A DNA stretch of 64,000 nt from Candidatus Bathyarchaeia archaeon (GTDB lineage: Archaea > Thermoproteota > Bathyarchaeia > Bathyarchaeales > Bathycorpusculaceae): assembly GCA_050015395.1 (NCBI GenBank), contig JBEKBM010000017.1, forward strand, positions 1 through 64,000, read 5' to 3'. How positions within the stretch are numbered: the stretch's first letter is position 1; each line of letters begins with the position of its first letter. Below, in pieces: positions 1 through 8,587 of this stretch. The notes under the pieces are model-generated. The model was not told the origin of the DNA. It did not search any database and saw only the letters and a program-made list of their open reading frames with translations. Both the position numbers and the translations under genes were made by a program.

Positions 1-123
1 TCAAAATTAAAAACAAAACAAAAAACAAACCGAAAAACGAAACAAAAGGCAAAACAAAAAACAAAGGAAAAAAGACGTGGAAGCAGCAGTAAAAAAGAGG
101 AGAAGAAAAATGAGCATAAAAAA
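1..123 (+). repeat. A-rich ~123-bp repeat, inverted copy at 8112-8234 (probably extends past the window start)
   Basis: Bases 1-123 are the exact reverse complement of 8112-8234. Confidence 0.9.
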
Positions 124-559
124 ATTGTTACTCTATCAGTAGATCCGCAAGTTGCTTTTTAGCAAAAAAGAGCCACAAGTTTTCATTGGTTTTGCTTAAA
201 GTAACCTTTGCTATTTGGGTCTTCTTCTATTGTCATTGTTTTCAATAGGGTTGAATATACGTGTAGGCTACTACCTATCAGGGGTCAAATGTATATACGT
301 TTTGACAGTACACTTTGTCGGTACAGTCACATGTGCCTAAAGCGTTTGAGACCTTCAAGCGCGCTGCCTTGTCCCGATATTATGTGATGTGGGAAAGATA
401 TTTTACTTTCAGGTATGTATCTGATATATGGAAATTGTATCAAATGATAAATTGATACTTAATCTTAGCCGGTCTCTCTAGCCTTAGAAACTTAGACTAA
501 ATAATCTTACTGAGTACATGCTAAGTCTCTATGCTTTCATGTACACAGTAACCTTTTTT

Positions 560-706
560 CTACTTTTTCACAAATGCGCTAAGATATGTCGCTTCTAATT
601 CTTTGAATATAGCTTTTGTTTCATCTGAGTTCATACCCACAACTTCTATTTCCGTTGTCGGTAATTTCACTTTTATTTTCCATGCTACACCTATTTGCTG
701 TTCCAT
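560..706 (-). CDS. Small hypothetical protein, 48 aa (MEQQIGVAWKIKVKLPTTEIEVVG...), not in ORF track
   Basis: Open frame ATG706-TAG560 with a GAGGTGA Shine-Dalgarno just upstream. Confidence 0.55.
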   Translation of the reverse strand: MEQQIGVAWKIKVKLPTTEIEVVGMNSDETKAIFKELEATYLSAFVKK

Positions 707-981
707 TTTCTCACCTCTATTCTATTTTATGCTATGCAGCGCTATAGCCTTCTAAACCTCTCCGTTTTGATTGGTTGAACGTCGTCTATATATAAGCAAA
801 TTGGTATAAAGTTGAAATGTGAAAATTTGACATTTTGAAAATCTCATTTTTCTCTTTTTCTGTTTTTCTGTTATTCAGGTTTACGCAAAAATGTTTTTTT
901 CATTCATAGTAAATGCTTTTGTACATTGTCGCTACACGGTTTGCATCCAAAGCTTTCTCTCATTTTCTAATCGTATGTGTA

Positions 982-1539
982 TTAACTCGTTGGTGTTATT
1001 TCTACGCGAAATTGAATAGCTTCTTGATAGTAACCAGCAACTGCGGAGAATGTAATGGTGGCATTGGCATGTGGAGCAATTGTAACGGGTAATATTGACG
1101 TAAGATGCACCGATAAAACGCTGAAGTAACCACCGCTAAATGAACCATTATTAAATGCAGCAAATCCTCCACCACTACAATCTTGGAAAACTATACTGCC
1201 TGTTTCAAAGTTTGGGGCAGTCGGATAGGGTATAACGCACGGCGCATTTCCATAATTTGTAATAGTTATGCTTAAAGTTGCTGTTGTATTGGTAACCACT
1301 TCCGAATAAGGAAAGAGCACAGACATAGAACCATATCCATCTCCAAAAGTTCCACTGACGTTTTGTCCACCACTATTGGTAAATACGTTGTCAAAACTTG
1401 CTGCTGTGATAACAGGGTCAGATACTAAAACCTCTGAATCTCGGAAAGTCGGGTGAGTATTAATATAAACAACGGCAGTAGTAAGCAACATTGCTATTAT
1501 CAAACAAGAAATACAAATTCCTAATTGTAGATTATTCAT
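982..1539 (-). CDS. Membrane-anchored extracellular beta-rich protein (surface/virus-like)
   Basis: N-terminal TM helix, then an S/T/G/N-rich region with Ig-like ITITNYG motif and N-glycosylation sequons. Confidence 0.6.
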   Translation of the reverse strand: MNNLQLGICISCLIIAMLLTTAVVYINTHPTFRDSEVLVSDPVITAASFDNVFTNSGGQNVSGTFGDGYGSMSVLFPYSEVVTNTTATLSITITNYGNAPCVIPYPTAPNFETGSIVFQDCSGGGFAAFNNGSFSGGYFSVLSVHLTSILPVTIAPHANATITFSAVAGYYQEAIQFRVEITPTS

Positions 1540-1612
1540 TTTTTCACTTATTATTAGCCCTTGACCTTATGCTAAGTCACTATGTAGATTTAAGACTTAT
1601 TTTTATGAAAAA

Positions 1613-2488
1613 TTAGCTACTAAGTTCTTTTTTGTAAGTCTCAATTACTTCCTTCGCTATATCTGAACCCAAATATTTTTTCAAGTTAGAACTTAAACGA
1701 GTGAGAATGTCTATGCATTCTTCTGAACCACCACAATGGAAAGGTTCTAAAGCTATTGTTATTATTTGTGCAACGTTAAGAAAATTGATGAAAACATCCG
1801 ATTTTAGAATCGTATCGATATTTCTAACATTCATCGCCCACTTTTGCTCCTCTGAATCTTCGTAAGTGAAATAGTCAAGATCAATGTCTAAAACAAAGTT
1901 TCTATCCCTTACACCTTTATTGAATGCTCTCTGAACATCTTGATGCTGATTTCTATCACCTAACAAACCAGTATAATTATCCAGTTGGTTAATAGAAGAG
2001 CCACCAATATAGAAAGAATGTAATTTCCCCTTCTTGTCTTTGTATGGTATATTGTCAGTAGTACCTTCTGTGGAGATTCCATTGATTATGTTATTGTGAT
2101 TTTTTTCACTGTATATTGAAAGAGCATCACCTATCAATTCTCTATACATAGAAGGGACTATGAAATCACTGTTGTTCGGATCAAGTTTGTTTTTCACAAA
2201 CTCTTTCAGTTTTTTTTCTTGATTTTCCTGTATACCTGCACTCTCAATAATTATTTCTTTAAGAGGATAAGCAAAATCTGAGTGCCAATCTATATGACAG
2301 AGGAATGCATTATGTTTAATGTAACCCTTTCTTAAGGCATCCATCCAGCATAAGCAAGCAACCCTGTGATTTAACATTACATAAAAATACTTGCCAAGAT
2401 TGCTAAAGGTAAGATATTTCATGTTGTACTTTTCTGGGGCTTGTCTTTTCATATACTTCACTATTGAAGAAGCGTGGTTATTTTTCAT
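1613..2488 (-). CDS. UPF0489 family protein (arginase/deacetylase-like fold)
   Basis: Motifs NH, HIDWHSD, LDIDLDYF and ITIALEP. Confidence 0.75.
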   Translation of the reverse strand: MKNNHASSIVKYMKRQAPEKYNMKYLTFSNLGKYFYVMLNHRVACLCWMDALRKGYIKHNAFLCHIDWHSDFAYPLKEIIIESAGIQENQEKKLKEFVKNKLDPNNSDFIVPSMYRELIGDALSIYSEKNHNNIINGISTEGTTDNIPYKDKKGKLHSFYIGGSSINQLDNYTGLLGDRNQHQDVQRAFNKGVRDRNFVLDIDLDYFTYEDSEEQKWAMNVRNIDTILKSDVFINFLNVAQIITIALEPFHCGGSEECIDILTRLSSNLKKYLGSDIAKEVIETYKKELSS

Positions 2489-2507
2489 ACAATTCTTCTA
2501 TTCTAAA

Positions 2508-2943
2508 CTATACAGATTTAAAACTTATCATCAATGAAAACTTAGCCGAACACTGTTCAAAGGTTAGTTCTTGTTTATTATGTAATCTCTGATATCTGTT
2601 ATAGTGTAACCAGTTACTTCTAGCTCTACCGTATGGAGTAGCTAAGTACTTACGTTGTGCGTCTGCATGAATCCTTTGTTTTTGGTCTTTGTTGGTATTC
2701 TTCATTCCATACCCTACCCTCTAAGCTAGAACGAAACCTAATATTAGATTCCTTCTTACTTTCCTTAAGACCTTTCACTCTGCACTCTTCACAGAACCGT
2801 TTACCTTTTTCTTTTAGCTTTCCACACTTACAATGAGGTAGGTCTCGACAGTTATCACAATACTTAATCTGCCCACCTTTTAATGGGGATTGGCAAATAA
2901 GACAGAGTTTACCATTAGGCTTAGTTCTAACATCAAAATCTAT
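2508..2943 (-). pseudogene. Cys-rich zinc-finger protein, virus-like, apparently frameshifted
   Basis: Frame 2943-2650 (ATA start after GAGGGGG) encodes CLIC..YCDNC..CKC..FCEEC..EEYQQRPKTK; the reading appears to continue in another frame as QRKYLATPYGR (track ORF 2508-2705). Confidence 0.45.
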
Positions 2944-3035
2944 GCCCCCTCAAGATATTGACATTTAAAACTGCTTTTCCTTTAATAGAGGGAACTTGCA
3001 AAAAGTATTATTCTTCGTTGAAGAATCAATTTATT

Positions 3036-3710
3036 ATGTTGCGTATTGGTCATAGGGGCGCCAGAGCTTATGCGCCTGAGAACACGTTAACGAGTTTTAA
3101 GAAAGCATTAGAAATCGGTGTAGATGCAGTTGAGTTGGACGTTAGAAAGACCAAAGACAACCAAATTGTCGTTATTCACGATGCAGATGTTAAGCGGACA
3201 ACCAACGGCGAAGGCTTAGTGAGTGAGCTTACGCTTAAAGAAATCAAAAGCTTTTCTGCTGAGAAAGGCGAAAAAATTCCGACTTTGGAGGAAACGCTGG
3301 ATTTTTTGGATAAGAAGGTGAAGGTGGTTATTGAGCTTAAGGAAACGGGCATTGAAGAGCAAGTGCTTTCGATAGTGCATATGAAAAGCCTAGAGAAGAA
3401 TGTTGTTATCGTTTCTTTCCTTGAAGATGCGCTGAAGAAAGTTAGGGAATTAGATAAGGACATTGAGACGGGGTTGATTTATGCGAAGCACAAGAACCCA
3501 ATTAAAGCAGCGTTAGAGCTAAAAGCGAACTATCTTCTTTCCTTCTATAGATTCACGCACACGGCTAACGTTGAGAAAGCGCACCAGAACGGTTTAAAAA
3601 TGATAGTGTGGACCATAAACAAACCCGAAGAAGTAGAAGAATACGCTAAGAAAGGCGTGGACGGGATATCCAGCGACAAGCCAGACATACTTATGCGTGT
3701 TAATGCATAG
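3036..3710 (+). CDS. glpQ: Glycerophosphodiester phosphodiesterase (GDPD)
   Basis: HRGA..PENTL, ELDV, HD and WTIN motifs; start placed at the ATG preceding IGHRG. Confidence 0.9.
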   Translation: MLRIGHRGARAYAPENTLTSFKKALEIGVDAVELDVRKTKDNQIVVIHDADVKRTTNGEGLVSELTLKEIKSFSAEKGEKIPTLEETLDFLDKKVKVVIELKETGIEEQVLSIVHMKSLEKNVVIVSFLEDALKKVRELDKDIETGLIYAKHKNPIKAALELKANYLLSFYRFTHTANVEKAHQNGLKMIVWTINKPEEVEEYAKKGVDGISSDKPDILMRVNA

Positions 3711-4626
3711 CAACCTGCCCTTTTAGAACCTGCTCTATCCGCTCTGCTTCAATGCGGCTTTCATCATTTAGAGGAGTTAAGCGTATTTCGGCGGCTGCTT
3801 TCACTCCGAACCCCAGCTCTGCTGCCCGTCGTAACTGGGCTTGCTCAAAAATGTCGGCTTCGCCAACTTTGCCTTTAGCTCCGTACATTTTGAGAATCGC
3901 CACACCAACTGCGTCTATGGCTACTCGGTCCCGGCTTGCAAGCAAAAGGTTCGGCTCAACCAATGTGCCCCGGTCAGGACCGCCAGTTGTGAACGCTTTT
4001 ATTCCATCCATTAAAACAAAGTCTAAGTTGTAATTGTTGTTTATCTCCGCAATCATCTGCCGCTGATAAGGTGAAGTATGCAGTTCCCACATGTAATCGT
4101 ACATTCCGCCAGGAACCTTTTTCGCCACTAAACCCACGGAATTCTTCATTGAAAGCGTGAAGTGGCCGCCGAACCTATGAGTTTTTATGCAGCATGTCTG
4201 AACCACTTTGTCAGCGTCGTGGAATACTTTTGCCATGTAGAATCCTCTTGCCCAATGGGTGCCTCCTCGTTCAACTTTAAGCCAGTCTTCTTTGCCCACG
4301 TCATTTAAGACAACAGCCTTAAACCCTAGTTCCCTTGATAGGGCTAAAACGCCCATTTTCTCCAGAACTTGCTCGGTGTCGCCCATGCCGCTTCGTTCAG
4401 CCAACGTTATGCCGCCAGCTCCAGCGCCCTTTAGTGTTTCAACGATTGCTCTTAAAGTGTCAAGGTGGGTTGATGCTGGAAACGGGTCAGCACTGTTATA
4501 ATTAGCTTTCAAAGCCACCTGCTTCCCGGAATACTCGCCCAAGCCCAACTTGTTGAGCAATGCAGGCACGCCATTCGCTCTATCGGTAGTTTTTAGAATG
4601 AAAACTTCGCCCATGGAGTTTGCCAT
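3700..4626 (-). CDS. DUF362 domain-containing protein
   Basis: KAN, KTH..FTLSMKN and DRVAIDAV motifs. Confidence 0.85.
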   Translation of the reverse strand: MANSMGEVFILKTTDRANGVPALLNKLGLGEYSGKQVALKANYNSADPFPASTHLDTLRAIVETLKGAGAGGITLAERSGMGDTEQVLEKMGVLALSRELGFKAVVLNDVGKEDWLKVERGGTHWARGFYMAKVFHDADKVVQTCCIKTHRFGGHFTLSMKNSVGLVAKKVPGGMYDYMWELHTSPYQRQMIAEINNNYNLDFVLMDGIKAFTTGGPDRGTLVEPNLLLASRDRVAIDAVGVAILKMYGAKGKVGEADIFEQAQLRRAAELGFGVKAAAEIRLTPLNDESRIEAERIEQVLKGQVAMH

Positions 4627-4750
4627 AAAAACTTCTCCATTAAAAGTTAAAGGGCTGCTGTGTTATTAGTTTTTCACTGCATCAAGCTGCAACAACAAAC
4701 CGTAAGCTCTATATTATTCAATGAAACCTTTTTCAAAAGAAGCTTTATGC

Positions 4751-4825
4751 GGGCCCGTGGCTCAGTCAGGCTAGAGCGGCGGACTCTTAATCCGTAGGTC
4801 GCGGGTTCAATTCCCGTCGGGCCCG
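4751..4825 (+). tRNA. tRNA-Lys(CTT)
   Basis: GGGCCCG/CGGGCCC acceptor stem, anticodon loop CTCTTAA, GGTTCAATTCC T-arm. Confidence 0.95.
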
Positions 4826-4916
4826 CTTCAGCTTATAGATAATCTATTTTTGAACAGCTTTTTTTCTTGAGTTAAGGCATTAAAGCTTAAATTTTTGCAG
4901 TTGTTGTACATTACGT

Positions 4917-5144
4917 ATGACATCAATGAAGACAGTGTGCGTGAGAATCTCAGAAGAAGAAAAGCGCCAATTATGTAAGTATGGGACTGTTTCACATACT
5001 TTAAGAGAAGCAATGAAACTCTACCTGAACACCAAAAAAACCGAGGAAGTCCTTTCTAAGTTGGGGGAACTGCAGGCAAAGAATCGGATAAAAACTTCAA
5101 CAGAGGAAGAAGTCAAGTTAATCCGTGAAGATAGAAGCCGCTGA
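4917..5144 (+). CDS. VapB-like ribbon-helix-helix antitoxin (orphan)
   Basis: KTVCVRISEE RHH start and IREDRSR tail typical of archaeal VapB. Confidence 0.65.
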   Translation: MTSMKTVCVRISEEEKRQLCKYGTVSHTLREAMKLYLNTKKTEEVLSKLGELQAKNRIKTSTEEEVKLIREDRSR

Positions 5145-5181
5145 CAATACTTCTAAGTCCACTGGAAGCCCAATGCCCGAA

Positions 5182-5574
5182 TTAATGCAACGCCAAACTT
5201 GTTGTCAACACAATGAACACAAAGAGAGTTATCAACACGTAATTGCGGTTCTTTTCCCATGCAAAATAGACGACAGAAGAAATTGCTCGGATGTAGGGGG
5301 TTAAAATTAATATTATTAGCCCTATTGTCATGAACCAGAGAGCGTTTTGTGATACGAGTAAGTGTTGGATTTGGTTGTATATGAAAGCGAAAAAATCCTG
5401 TCCAGTAATAAACACAGCCTTATTTTGAGAAACTTGCAGGTTACCGTAAGCCTCATAGAAGAGGGCTATTCCGATAATTTCCAGCAGTACACTGATGACG
5501 ACGCCTATTATTAGAATGTAACTTACAGCGGTTTCTAGTTTTGATTCGCCGCTGCCTAAGCCCTGAGAAGTCAT
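5182..5574 (-). CDS. DUF1634 membrane protein
   Basis: Three TM segments, GLIILILTPYIR motif, overlaps the TauE gene. Confidence 0.8.
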   Translation of the reverse strand: MTSQGLGSGESKLETAVSYILIIGVVISVLLEIIGIALFYEAYGNLQVSQNKAVFITGQDFFAFIYNQIQHLLVSQNALWFMTIGLIILILTPYIRAISSVVYFAWEKNRNYVLITLFVFIVLTTSLALH

Positions 5575-6401
5575 AGTGTGGTCACTCCTTTGTATAGCAT
5601 CTGAATGATTAGCAGTGTAACTATGACGAGGAAGAGTATTCTGAGGTTTCTGTCACGGATTCTATTTAACAGTCTTCCGCCAACTACTGCGCCGATTGTT
5701 GTGCCCACAGCCATTGGCGCCATTAAGGTTAGGTTCAAAAGACCTGAAAAAAGGTAAACGCTCACGCCAGCCAGTGCAGTCATGCCTATGATGAAGCTGC
5801 TGGAAGCGCTGGATACTTTTGAGGGTATTTTTAGGACTTTCTCGTGAACAATGACTTTGAAGGCTCCCGCCCCTATTCCAAGCATTCCCGCGGCAATGCC
5901 AGCTACAAACATTCCTAAGCCGCCTAGGAGCGAGTTGGTGGCTTTGTATTTTATTACTTGATTTTTGGCTTTATCAAAGTAGCTTCCCTCAAGACCGAGC
6001 CGTTTGGAAATTTTATCTTGTTTCTCTGGCGGAGTATAAACTTCTTTGAATGAGCTTCTAAAATTAATGAAAGAAGTAAGTAGGAAACCTGCGAATAGGA
6101 AATAGAGGAAAACTGGCGCGACTATTACAGTGATTGTTGCTCCCACGATGGCACCAATGATGGTGAACATTTCAAGGTACATAGCGACTTTTATGTTTGT
6201 AATCCTGTCTTTCACGAAGGATGAGGCTGAACCGCTGGAGGTAGCGATTATAGCTACCATTCCGCATGCCACCGCCTCCTTAACGGGGAAGCCCAGTAAA
6301 ACCAAGATAGGAGTTAGAATGCTGGCGCCGCCCAGACCTATAAGGGAACCTATGAGGCCAACAGCGATAGACAGCAGAAGCAATGTAACCATGTCTAGCA
6401 T
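5571..6401 (-). CDS. Sulfite exporter TauE/SafE family permease
   Basis: GSLIGLGGA and AGMLGIGAG repeats, multi-TM. Confidence 0.9.
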   Translation of the reverse strand: MLDMVTLLLLSIAVGLIGSLIGLGGASILTPILVLLGFPVKEAVACGMVAIIATSSGSASSFVKDRITNIKVAMYLEMFTIIGAIVGATITVIVAPVFLYFLFAGFLLTSFINFRSSFKEVYTPPEKQDKISKRLGLEGSYFDKAKNQVIKYKATNSLLGGLGMFVAGIAAGMLGIGAGAFKVIVHEKVLKIPSKVSSASSSFIIGMTALAGVSVYLFSGLLNLTLMAPMAVGTTIGAVVGGRLLNRIRDRNLRILFLVIVTLLIIQMLYKGVTTL

Positions 6402-6723
6402 GCTTTTCTCCGCTATTGATAATTAATAAGTTATTAAATAACATAATTGGTGACTAGCTGCTAGGCATCATACCCTTATACATCTCTACTTTTTGAGACG
6501 AGTTTCACTAGCTAAAAATGACGGGTCTCCCCTTTCTGAAAAGCTTGTTTTGGGCTGTTTTTTTGGTTTAGGGTTTGTCAAAGTAATCGTTTTGATTTCG
6601 GTTTAAATTCACTTTTTTATCGTATTTCTTGAAGGTCTATTTCAGTTTTAAGTTTGTGTCTCAATAGTTGAAAACGTTGCTTGGAAAGTCTTTTATGCTG
6701 TTTGGATTAAAATTATACACGTT

Positions 6724-7392
6724 ATGTTTGATTTAGAGGAGTTACAGTCAAGACTCATCTCTTTTCCAGAAGAATACGTAAGCAACTTCAATTACGTTTG
6801 GAAAAGAAAAATTGAGATAGAATCCTCAGGCAATGCTAGCGTTCTTGACGACAGTCACCGCGACGAGATCTATCGAAGATTATGTTCCATACTTCCTAAG
6901 TGGCAAACATACCGTCCTATGGACAACACTCCTTGTCTCGCCACTTTGAAAAATTCGCTAGTCAACATTTCCGAAGCCTATAACCAACTGAGAAAGCATA
7001 CTTTACTTGACTTTGAGAATATTCCTAATGAAGCATTAGAATCTGTTTGGCACGAATTAGGTAAGGCAAAGGAAAATGGCGGTGAAATGAATGATTACGG
7101 TTCATACTCAGTTATCTCTATTTGCAAGCCTCTTCTTCTCATTTGGGGACAAACATTAGCCTTTGACTCCAAAGTTAGAAAAAACATGCTACAAAAATAT
7201 CGAATCGACAAATATTCAGGCAATTGGAACCTTAGAGAATGGAAAAACATAATGATATTACTGAGCAGAGAACTTAATGAGGACAAGAATGCCATAGAAT
7301 TTATGAAGAAAAAAACGGTCGAGTGGTATGGGAAAAACACGCCCGTGCCTTATGGCAGATTCTTGGACATTTACTATTTCGAAGGAGCTTAG
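6724..7392 (+). CDS. Hypothetical protein, possibly DNA-glycosylase-like helical fold
   Basis: 222-aa ORF with TATA-like CTTTTAT upstream; ICKPL..GQTLAFDSKVR and GRFLD motifs. Confidence 0.55.
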   Translation: MFDLEELQSRLISFPEEYVSNFNYVWKRKIEIESSGNASVLDDSHRDEIYRRLCSILPKWQTYRPMDNTPCLATLKNSLVNISEAYNQLRKHTLLDFENIPNEALESVWHELGKAKENGGEMNDYGSYSVISICKPLLLIWGQTLAFDSKVRKNMLQKYRIDKYSGNWNLREWKNIMILLSRELNEDKNAIEFMKKKTVEWYGKNTPVPYGRFLDIYYFEGA

Positions 7393-7399
7393 CAAAAAA

Positions 7400-7985
7400 A
7401 TGAGTGAAAGAAAAGCTTTGAACCTGTTACCCATTATTCAGCAGTTTGCTGGACAAATTGCCGCGGATAAGATTGAAATCTACAATGAAGCCAGTATCCA
7501 ATATGAATTGGCAATTTTTTTTCGACGAAACCTTAGCGAGGGCTACAAGGTTCAGCTTGAAAGAAACACACGTTTTTTTTGAACTAACAAACAAAGACGA
7601 CGAACCTTTCAAGAAGAAAGAAATGGACATTGTAGTTTTCGATTTAGCAAAGAAAGAAAAACATTGCATTGAACTAAAGTACCCGATAAATGGGCAATAC
7701 CCCGAACAGATGTTTAGCGCATGCAAAGACATCAAATTTCTTGAACAATTAGTGTTGTCGGGTTTTGATGAATCCTATTTCGTGATGTTTGCAAAAGATA
7801 CGCCATTTTATTCAGAAACAGGTGATTCAGGAATATATCTGAATTTTCGTAAAGAAAAGCTGATAAAAAACTTGATTACAAAACCCACAGGAGCCAAAGA
7901 TGAAACGCTGAACTTTAAGGGAAAATATGCAATTAATTGGATGGACGTTAAGAACAAACTGAAGTGGTTTGTAATCAAGGTCTAA
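7400..7985 (+). pseudogene. PD-(D/E)XK nuclease-like protein split by a frameshift in a T8 tract (7573-7580)
   Basis: IYNEASIQYEL..QLERN joins KKEMDIVV..IELKYP..GQYPEQMF if one T is removed. Confidence 0.7.
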
Positions 7986-8011
7986 TTTCTGCTTTGTTGA
8001 AGTTACATCCC

Positions 8012-8381
8012 TGAAAACGACACAGCTAAACTATTAACCCCATAGATTTCTATTACCAACGCATTGCGGGAACAAGCTGTTCCTCAAGGAGAATATTGTC
8101 GTAGGAAACTATTTTTTATGCTCATTTTTCTTCTCCTCTTTTTTACTGCTGCTTCCACGTCTTTTTTCCTTTGTTTTTTGTTTTGCCTTTTGTTTCGTTT
8201 TTCGGTTTGTTTTTTGTTTTGTTTTTAATTTTGATTGCCCCTCCTGCACTCTTCTTTCCACTGTTCAATTGTCCCGCACCCTTATTCGTTTTGCCTCTCT
8301 CGAAGCCAACAAATGGGTATACATTGTTGAAAACGGCACAGCTATAGAAATCTAAGGGGTTAATAGTTTAACCAACGCATT
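8012..8381. repeat. Two 54-bp units (8012-8065, 8328-8381) with direct flanks and an inverted 28-bp core
   Basis: TGAAAACGRCACAGC-[core]-ACCAACGCATT twice; cores are reverse complements at 26/28. Confidence 0.85.
8112..8234 (-). repeat. Inverted copy of the 1-123 A-rich repeat
   Basis: Exact reverse complement match. Confidence 0.9.
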
Positions 8382-8480
8382 TCTGTTTCTTATCTAAAGA
8401 TTTCATTACTAGAACTCTAATTTAAACCAAAATCATAAGGAAAAGCTTGAAAAATTAGGGTTTGAATTGTTTGCAGGTTG

Positions 8481-8540
8481 AGGGTAGAAAAGGTGCAAAA
8501 AGGTTAAAAAAGGTGGAAAAAGGCAAAATTAGGCAAAAAA
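8481..8540. repeat. Six degenerate 10-bp units AGGNNNAAAA (phased A-tracts)
   Basis: agggtagaaa aggtgcaaaa aggttaaaaa aggtggaaaa aggcaaaatt aggcaaaaaa. Confidence 0.7.
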
Positions 8541-8587
8541 GCTAGAAAACCATGAAGAGGGCTAAAAAAAAAAGGGCATCTGACTGT

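Noticed and set aside
245-300. Possible fifth copy of the dispersed repeat (ATAGGGT..GTGT..CTACC)
   Set aside because: Similarity is too short and the core is absent.
8055-8105. Integron attC site
   Set aside because: Outer R boxes pair poorly and no integron integrase is present.
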